From Planctomycetota bacterium (GTDB taxonomy: Bacteria > Planctomycetota > SZUA-567 > H5-PLA8): a stretch of DNA of 13,187 nucleotides. The notes beneath the pieces were generated by a model that saw only the letters and a program-made list of their open reading frames with translations, did no database searches and was not told where the DNA came from. Location of the stretch: the NCBI GenBank assembly GCA_045863855.1, contig BTVV01000155.1, positions 1-13,187 on the forward strand. Reading direction: 5' to 3'. A program made the translations under genes and the position numbers. Of this stretch, positions 7,299 to 13,187 are shown piece by piece (positions within the stretch are counted from its first letter, which is position 1; each line of letters opens with the position of its first letter).

Positions 7299-7779
7299 AT
7301 CGAACTCGGGCGGATTCGCGAGGGCGGAGCTGCGACTCCAACAGGCCGGCCGTCGTCACCAGCAGGCTCAACGCGACATAGAGGTTCCATCCCAAATTGA
7401 AGCGCGCGTCCGCAATACCGCTCGGGCTGTTCTCCGATCCACCGGACCAGTCCCAAGGCCAGCCGGAGCCATGGATATTCATGCCCATGAGTACCGAAGA
7501 GACGAGGAACAGAGTCATCAGGGTAGACAGATGCAGGCGCAATCCTACGGCTCGAACGACGGAATCGGTCCTTGCGGCCAGCGCGAATACCGAAGCCAGC
7601 GAGATCGACAGGAAGCTCAGGTAAACGGGCACCTGATCGAGATAGATGCCGCCGCGTTGACAATCACGCAATAGCTCTGCAACAACTTCGGTACCCTGCG
7701 GGCACAGGCAGGCCCCAGCCAGACCGGCCACCACCCAAGCCGCGCCATGAAAATGCCACCAAGCACGCATCGAGTCCAT
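7297..7779 (-). CDS. Hypothetical integral membrane protein (~4 hydrophobic segments)
   Basis: A 160-aa ORF that fills the gap exactly from the terminator to the intergenic region before the enolase-like gene. Hydrophobic stretches: AAWVVAGLAGACL, VYLSFLSISLASVFALAA, LSTLMTLFLVSSVLMGM, WNLYVALSLLVTTAGLL. Confidence 0.7.
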   Translation of the reverse strand: MDSMRAWWHFHGAAWVVAGLAGACLCPQGTEVVAELLRDCQRGGIYLDQVPVYLSFLSISLASVFALAARTDSVVRAVGLRLHLSTLMTLFLVSSVLMGMNIHGSGWPWDWSGGSENSPSGIADARFNLGWNLYVALSLLVTTAGLLESQLRPRESARVR

Positions 7780-7843
7780 GGTTACTCGCGCTCCGATTTC
7801 GAACCACCACAGCCCCTACGACTCTGCGCGGACCGCGGTTCGG

Positions 7844-7878
7844 CGTTTACCGTTTAGCGTTCACCGATTACCGTATAC
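7844..7878. repeat. Five imperfect tandem 7-bp repeats (consensus CGTTTAC)
   Basis: CGTTTAC-CGTTTAG-CGTTCAC-CGATTAC-CGTATAC. Each copy is within one mismatch of the consensus. Confidence 0.8.
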
Positions 7879-7899
7879 GGCCCTTCGAAGGAGCAACCG

Positions 7900-9168
7900 A
7901 TGCCTACCGTCCTCCGGGTCTACGCGTTGGAAATCCTCGACAGCCGCGGACGCCCAACGCTAAAGGCGTACTGCGAACTCTCCGGCGGCACGCGTGCGGC
8001 CGCGAGCGTGCCGAGCGGCGCCCGCACCGGTGCGGCGGAGGCGCTGGAGAAGCGCGACGGTGACGGCGCGCGCCATGCGGGCCTGGGATGCCGGACGGCG
8101 GTACAACTGGTCGGCGGCGAAATCGACGCGGCGTTGCGCGGGAAGACCTTCGACTCCCAAGCCGATCTGGACGCGGCGCTGATAAAGCTCGACGGCACGC
8201 CTAACAAAGCGCGCTTGGGCGCAAACGCGCTGCTGGGCGTCTCGCTGGCCTTCGCGCGTGCGAGCGCCGCGCAGGCCCAAGTTCCGTTGTACCAGCACTT
8301 CGCCAGCCAAGTCGGCGACAAGCCGCGCACGCTGCCACGCTTGACGGTCAATCTCTTCAGCGGGGGCAAGCATGCGGGCGGGCAGGTGCCGATCCAGGAT
8401 GTCTTGCTGGTGCCCAGCGCCGCAAAGACCGTCGACGAAGGGCTCGCGGCGGTCTGCGCGGTTTACAAAGCTGCGGCCAAGCGCATGCTCGAACGCTTCG
8501 GCATGCGGCTGCTCACCGCCGACGAAGGCGGACTGGCGCCTCCGTTCGATGGCGCCGATGCGATGCTTGCGGAAGCCGTCGCGGCGATCGAGGCGGCAGG
8601 CTTCGAGCCGGGACGCGACCTCGCGCTCGCCGTCGACGTCGCGTCGAGCCACTTTTTCGAAAGCGGCCTGTACCATCTGGATGAGGCGAAGCTGAACAGC
8701 GCGGAAATGATCGCGAAACTGCGAAGCTGGACGGAACGCTTCCCGATTGTGAGCATCGAAGACGGGCTGGCCGAAGACGATTGGGCGCACTGGCCGGATC
8801 TGCGCCGCGCGCTGAGCGGACGCGCGCTCACGCTGGGCGACGATTTTCTGTGCACCAATCCGAAGCGGATCGAACGGGCGCTCGCGGCCGGCGCGGCCGA
8901 CGCACTGCTGCTGAAGGTGAATCAAATCGGCACCTTGACCGAAGCGGCGGAAGCGCGGCGTCTGGCGCGTAACGCGGGCTGGAAGGTGACGATCAGCGCG
9001 CGCAGCGGCGAAACGGAAGACGACTGGCTGGCCGATTTGGCGGTGGGCTGGAGCGGCGATCAGATCAAGGTGGGCAGCATCACGCAGAGCGAACGGCTCG
9101 CCAAGTACAACCGTCTGCTGGAAATCGAGGCGGACACGCATCTTCCGGTCACCGCTTGGCCGGGCTAA
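7900..9168 (+). CDS. Enolase (phosphopyruvate hydratase) homologue, divergent paralogue with non-canonical active-site residues
   Basis: Full-length enolase motifs: EILDSRG, VPSGA.TG, LGANA, GGKHA, DEGG, DVASS, SIEDG, GDD, LLKVNQIG, RSGETED, QIK, ERLAKYN. An AAGGAG RBS is present. The symbol eno is withheld because of the substitutions described in the findings. Confidence 0.93.
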   Translation: MPTVLRVYALEILDSRGRPTLKAYCELSGGTRAAASVPSGARTGAAEALEKRDGDGARHAGLGCRTAVQLVGGEIDAALRGKTFDSQADLDAALIKLDGTPNKARLGANALLGVSLAFARASAAQAQVPLYQHFASQVGDKPRTLPRLTVNLFSGGKHAGGQVPIQDVLLVPSAAKTVDEGLAAVCAVYKAAAKRMLERFGMRLLTADEGGLAPPFDGADAMLAEAVAAIEAAGFEPGRDLALAVDVASSHFFESGLYHLDEAKLNSAEMIAKLRSWTERFPIVSIEDGLAEDDWAHWPDLRRALSGRALTLGDDFLCTNPKRIERALAAGAADALLLKVNQIGTLTEAAEARRLARNAGWKVTISARSGETEDDWLADLAVGWSGDQIKVGSITQSERLAKYNRLLEIEADTHLPVTAWPG

Positions 9169-9233
9169 ATCTTGAGCACAGGGCCTGTCCTGCAAGCGTC
9201 TAACACTCCGGGTCCGTAACTCGTCCAATACTT

Positions 9234-10517
9234 ATGGCGCGCGGAACTTGGGGTGTAGCGATCTTGGCGACGGTGCTCCTGGCGGCCAGTCCGTTGGGAG
9301 GCCGCCGCGCCGAGGCCGACGGATGGCACGAACCGCCTTTCGATACGAGCCCCCTCGAATACTGGAAGAAGAATCGCGAGCGCCTCGGCTTCGGTTCGGG
9401 CAGCGAGGACGGCGCGCCCGTCATCGGAAACAAGCCTGCGGAAGCCAAGCCGCCGTTGGATGCGGCCGCGGCTCAAAAGAAGCACGAAGATCTGCTTAAA
9501 GCTGCGGCGGCCGCCAAAGAGACTTCCGAAAAGGAAGCGCTGCTGGAAGAGGCGTACAAAGTCGCCGCGGAGTTGCAGGAATACGTGCTGACCGAAGGCG
9601 GCGCGCGTCCGCCCGATCTGCGCCGGCGGGCGTTCGTGCACCATTGTCTCACGGCGCTGGCGTACACCAACGAGTACAACCTTTCGCAGGCCGAGTTCGG
9701 CTGGATCCTGCAAAATCGCGATCGAGCGTTTCGCGAGATCCATGAGATTTTTCGGCAGATTGGACCGGAGGCCGCGCCGCAGATCTGGGAACACCTGCGC
9801 GCCGAACTGGCGCTGGGGCCGGAAGGAAGAGCCGGCCGGCATACCGGCAAGCAAAAAGTTCAGGAGCTTCAAAAGCGCATCGCCGAGATTCGCGCGAAAC
9901 AAGCGCAAGCGGGCAGCAAGGAACTATGGAACAGCCTCGAGGAGCATATCAAGCCGCTACAGGCAGAGATCGAAAAGTTGAGTAAATCGGTTGCGCCGGA
10001 GTCCAACGCGGCGGAAATGGCTGCTCCGGTGAGCGGCATTCGATCGGCGGATTCGTTGACCTTCAAGAAGAACCAGACCGAACTTTTCCGCGGCGGGCTT
10101 CCATTCGATTCGATGGGATTGGTAGTCGGCGCGGACTACCTGGAGGTGCTGGGCAAGTCGTTGCTCGCCATCGGTCTGCCAGGGCTAAAGCATTGGCTGC
10201 AGGGCATCTGGGATCCCAATCCCGCGGTGCGGGATTACGCACGCAAGCTTATCGCAGAATTGGGGATCGACTGCGTACCCATGCTGGCCGATGCCATGGA
10301 CGAACAACCGGCGCCGGACCGGCGCTTCGCGCTGGTGCGCACGCTGACCGAAATGACGGGCAAAAATCTCGGCGATAACGCCACCGCGTATCGGGCGTGG
10401 TGGGAGGCGAACCGCAAAGGGCCGATCAACATTCCGCCGCCCGCGATTCATCCGCCAAAGCCTCCGGCGCCGCCCGAAGAAACTCCGCTCCTGATTGGTC
10501 CGCGCGACGGTAATTAA
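9234..10517 (+). CDS. Secreted hypothetical protein with coiled-coil region, C-terminal HEAT-like repeats and Pro-rich tail
   Basis: Signal-peptide-like N-terminus ending in AEA (aa 26-28). Heptad-like segment VQELQKRIAEIRAKQ...IKPLQAEIEKLSK. HEAT-like DPNPAVRDYARKLIAELG...LTEMTG...WW. Tail PPPAIHPPKPPAPP. Confidence 0.8.
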   Translation: MARGTWGVAILATVLLAASPLGGRRAEADGWHEPPFDTSPLEYWKKNRERLGFGSGSEDGAPVIGNKPAEAKPPLDAAAAQKKHEDLLKAAAAAKETSEKEALLEEAYKVAAELQEYVLTEGGARPPDLRRRAFVHHCLTALAYTNEYNLSQAEFGWILQNRDRAFREIHEIFRQIGPEAAPQIWEHLRAELALGPEGRAGRHTGKQKVQELQKRIAEIRAKQAQAGSKELWNSLEEHIKPLQAEIEKLSKSVAPESNAAEMAAPVSGIRSADSLTFKKNQTELFRGGLPFDSMGLVVGADYLEVLGKSLLAIGLPGLKHWLQGIWDPNPAVRDYARKLIAELGIDCVPMLADAMDEQPAPDRRFALVRTLTEMTGKNLGDNATAYRAWWEANRKGPINIPPPAIHPPKPPAPPEETPLLIGPRDGN

Positions 10518-10521
10518 TCGC

Positions 10522-11433
10522 TCAGCTTTTCGGGATGCGCACCAGATCGAGCAGCATCTCGTAGCGCGCATCGAGGTCCGAGCGCTTGATCCGCTTCAAC
10601 GCTTCGAGCGAGAAATCCTGGACCGTGTAGCTCGCCACCACCGCTCCGTGCGCGACGGCGCGGCGCAAATTCTCGGGGCTGGTATCGCTCGTGGACGCGA
10701 TGTAACCGCAGATACCGCCGGCGAAACTGTCACCCGCCCCCGTGGGGTCGATCACTTCTTCGAGCGGGAAGCCGGGGACCGCGAAGTGACCGTGGCGGCT
10801 GACGACCAGCGCGCCGTGTTCGCCTTTCTTCACGATCGCCGTGGGCACACCGAGATCCAGGATGCTCAGTCCGGCACGCAACAGCTCCTGCTGTCCGGTC
10901 AGCAGCCGCGCTTCGCTGTCGTTGATGACCAGCGCATCGACCTGTTTGAGCAGCGCGGTCAAATCGCCGCGCGCCGTCTCGATCCACAGGTCCATCGTGT
11001 CCATGGCGACGAACCTGGGGCGCTTGGGCAATTGATCCAGCACTTTGCGCTGAACCACCGGCGCGCCGTTGGCGAGGAACAGGAACTCGCTGCTCTTGTA
11101 TTCGGCCGGAACTTTGGGATCGAAATTCCCGAATACGTTTAGGTCCACCTCCAGCGTATCGCGATCGATCATGTTCTCGCGGTAGCGCCCGACCCAGCGG
11201 AAGGTTTCGCCGTCGGCGACTTCCAGACCGGACAGGTCTATTCCGCGAGCCTCCAGCAGCGCACGATGCACGCTGGGAAAATCTTTTCCGACCACGCCCA
11301 CCAGGCGCACTTGTGTGTAAAAGGCCGCCGCATACGAGAAATAAACTGCGGAACCGCCCAGCAAGTTTTCTTTGCGGGTGCGCGGCGTCTCGACGGTATC
11401 GATGCCAATGGAGCCGACGACAAGCAAACTCAT
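10522..11433 (-). CDS. PfkB/ribokinase family carbohydrate or nucleoside kinase
   Basis: Motifs MSLLVVGSIGIDTVETP, LGGSAVY, VGVVGKDF, NDSEA, VKKGEHGA and DPTGAGDSFAGG (PfkB signature with the catalytic Asp). I set the start at ATG 11433 because a GAAAGGAAG RBS precedes it, rather than the ORF-track TTG at 11562. Confidence 0.95.
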   Translation of the reverse strand: MSLLVVGSIGIDTVETPRTRKENLLGGSAVYFSYAAAFYTQVRLVGVVGKDFPSVHRALLEARGIDLSGLEVADGETFRWVGRYRENMIDRDTLEVDLNVFGNFDPKVPAEYKSSEFLFLANGAPVVQRKVLDQLPKRPRFVAMDTMDLWIETARGDLTALLKQVDALVINDSEARLLTGQQELLRAGLSILDLGVPTAIVKKGEHGALVVSRHGHFAVPGFPLEEVIDPTGAGDSFAGGICGYIASTSDTSPENLRRAVAHGAVVASYTVQDFSLEALKRIKRSDLDARYEMLLDLVRIPKS

Positions 11434-11580
11434 GAGGCTTCCTTTCTCGAGATGAACGAAGTTCGGAGTTCTACCCATAGAGCGGCTGGGGTACAAGGTA
11501 AACGCGAGGAATGTCGCGAATGGAAAGCATAAGCAGGAGCGGGAAAGTCTAGCGCCGCTCAACTAATCAACCGGCCGCTC

Positions 11581-13092
11581 TTACAGGTTCGACTTTTGAA
11601 CCCTTTGGGCGTAAGCCGCAGATCCTATTGGAACGTATGGATACAACGCTGCCCGCACGATGCGATTCATGGATTCGCACAGCCGCTCGCGCTCTTTGGG
11701 GTGCTCGTCCGCGGAGGGGGGCACATTAAGCAAGTCCGCCAGCAAGCCCACATCGTCCAGCCTTCCCAGCCAACCAAGATGTCCGATTCCCCGATAACGC
11801 TCCTCGGCATTGGAGCTTAGAAGCGCGCCACGCAGTTCGTCCTGTACATACGTGGGACGGAAATCCTGACGGATCAACGCGGCGTAGCAGCGCATTTCGT
11901 TACAAAGGTTCAGCGCCTTAGCCAATCGCGTCCAGCCTGCAACGGCCAGCCGGAGCACCGATGGATTTCGGCACCGAGCCAGGATCTCGAAGCACGCAGA
12001 ACGCTTCCGGTCGTCCGGGAACGCATCGAACAGCGCTCTGACGGTTGACTCAGGCAAATACGAAAACCGCCACGCCTCAGGACACAAAAACTGGCATAGC
12101 TCATCCAAGCTTGAAGTCTTCTTTTCGATTAGCGCCCATTGCTCACGATCGTCGTCGTTCTGCGGATGCCAGGGGCTCTCCGCATTGGCACACGCCTTGG
12201 CGTACACTGGATACCTTCCCAAGCGATGGGATGCGAGCGCTTCGGCCCTGGTTTCGTAAACTTTTCGAAATGGAAAGCGCGTGATGCCATTCAGCTTCGG
12301 GTGGGCGGTTAGCATGGCAAACAACCTCGCCTGCGCATCGGCTGCTCGCCATGGAAATCCAACCGTCCCATGGGCTTCGCCCAACCTTTTCCGCCAATCC
12401 GCCTGCCGGGAAGGAAGGCTTTCACCGGGTTCGGTGCGTTGCGCATGGATGACGGCATCCAACGCCTCGGCGATGTGCGCGCGTTCCTCGGGATGCTCAT
12501 CCGCTTGTTCGGGGAGTGCGAGGAGATCGAGGAGCAGTCCAACTTCATTGAGCGTACCGCGATGCACTAGTGTTCGCAGTCCTGCCAATCGGCGCTCGCC
12601 ATCGGGGCTTGCCAATACTTCCAATACACTGCGCCAGTAATCATCTCTTGGCTTTGCGCCTTCCTTATCGATCAACGGCTCACCACAAGCGCTTGAATCC
12701 CATTCGCTCGGATTGCCAACTCCAGGCGTCCCTGTGGCTTCGTGCACGCCCAGCTCTTTCATGCGCTTGGCGAAGCGGGCAGCGCGCGCTTGGGCCCATT
12801 CCGGCTGCCGGGATCGTCCTTCAGACGCGGGATACAACCGCTCCATAACCAGCATGCTTCGAGTGCGGAGCGTCACCGAGGTCCTGCCGCCGGGTGTGAA
12901 CGCGGGGCGTTGCGTGGCGGGGTCGTCACGATAACGGTGAAGCAGATACTTCAACACATCCATGAAGACTTGGCCGTAGCTGCCCTGTTCGGGCGCTTGC
13001 ACCGCGAGCGCGTCGTAGCGTTGCTGCCAGTCCTGGTACAACGTGGGTGCATTCGTCACGGGAACTCCTTTGTGGACCGCCCGTACGCTCAT
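11581..13092 (-). CDS. Hypothetical protein, 503 aa, with two copies of a HEAT-like module ending in ADEHPxER
   Basis: A long uninterrupted ORF. An internal ungapped repeat (aa 160-204 vs 424-468) supports this being the real frame. An extended -10 box lies just upstream. Confidence 0.85.
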   Translation of the reverse strand: MSVRAVHKGVPVTNAPTLYQDWQQRYDALAVQAPEQGSYGQVFMDVLKYLLHRYRDDPATQRPAFTPGGRTSVTLRTRSMLVMERLYPASEGRSRQPEWAQARAARFAKRMKELGVHEATGTPGVGNPSEWDSSACGEPLIDKEGAKPRDDYWRSVLEVLASPDGERRLAGLRTLVHRGTLNEVGLLLDLLALPEQADEHPEERAHIAEALDAVIHAQRTEPGESLPSRQADWRKRLGEAHGTVGFPWRAADAQARLFAMLTAHPKLNGITRFPFRKVYETRAEALASHRLGRYPVYAKACANAESPWHPQNDDDREQWALIEKKTSSLDELCQFLCPEAWRFSYLPESTVRALFDAFPDDRKRSACFEILARCRNPSVLRLAVAGWTRLAKALNLCNEMRCYAALIRQDFRPTYVQDELRGALLSSNAEERYRGIGHLGWLGRLDDVGLLADLLNVPPSADEHPKERERLCESMNRIVRAALYPYVPIGSAAYAQRVQKSNL

Positions 13093-13100
13093 CGTGCCCC

Positions 13101-13109
13101 ACTATAACA
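13101..13109 (-). promoter_or_regulatory. Putative extended -10 promoter (TGnTATAGT) for the 503-aa gene
   Basis: The minus strand reads TG-T-TATAGT, then 8 nt (GGGGCACG), then ATG at 13092. Confidence 0.55.
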
Positions 13110-13127
13110 AGCCGGTAGCATATAAAG

Positions 13128-13159
13128 AAAGAGGCGCGCCCATGGGCGCGCCTCTTTTT
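13128..13159. terminator. Probable bidirectional intrinsic terminator (30-bp perfect palindrome)
   Basis: AAAGAGGCGCGCCCATGGGCGCGCCTCTTT (13128-13157) is a perfect palindrome. A T-run follows on + (TTTTT) and a T-rich tract on - (TTTCTTTAT). Confidence 0.8.
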
Positions 13160-13187
13160 GGCCTACGGGCGATCTGCCCGCGATAGC

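Noticed and set aside
7258..7674. 138-aa plus-strand ORF as an alternative to the membrane protein
   Set aside because: It runs through the plus-strand terminator. The minus-strand ORF has a coherent TM pattern and fits the gap.
7844..7878. Repeat considered as a CRISPR or mini-array
   Set aside because: The units are 7 bp and contiguous, with no spacers and no cas genes nearby.
7960..9228. 422-aa ORF antisense to the enolase homologue
   Set aside because: A shadow ORF typical of high-GC coding DNA. It has no recognisable motifs and the opposite strand carries a clear enolase.
11434..11562. N-terminal extension of the PfkB kinase resembling a signal peptide
   Set aside because: The family starts at MSLLVVGS, which has a good RBS. 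The upstream TTG start has no support.
13128..13157. Palindrome considered as a mobile-element end, REP or attC site
   Set aside because: It is single-copy in the window with no transposase, integrase or target duplication. The flanking T-tracts fit a terminator better.

Overview
A GC-rich bacterial chromosomal segment. The gene families loosely suggest Planctomycetota, but this is an inference. It is a mosaic of housekeeping, metabolic and hypothetical genes in changing orientation rather than one operon. In order: a ~400-450 bp non-coding stretch; a cytoplasmic Hanks-type Ser/Thr kinase (+); an acyl-CoA dehydrogenase (-) divergent from a group I biotin ligase (+); a GH130 glycoside phosphorylase-family gene (+); clpS (-) divergent from a small PAS-like/Cys-motif protein (+); a Gfo/Idh/MocA oxidoreductase (+) with a strong intrinsic terminator; a small membrane protein (-); an enolase homologue with several active-site substitutions (+); a secreted coiled-coil/HEAT protein (+); a PfkB kinase (-); and a 503-aa hypothetical protein with an internally duplicated HEAT-like module (-), preceded by an extended -10 box and a 30-bp perfect palindrome. 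I found no rRNA, tRNA, CRISPR array or mobile element, and I cannot support a single multi-gene novel system. The strongest leads are the non-canonical enolase paralogue (with a 5x7-bp repeat upstream), the PAS-like/CxxC-HxxCxxC protein head-to-head with clpS, and the duplicated-module 503-aa protein.
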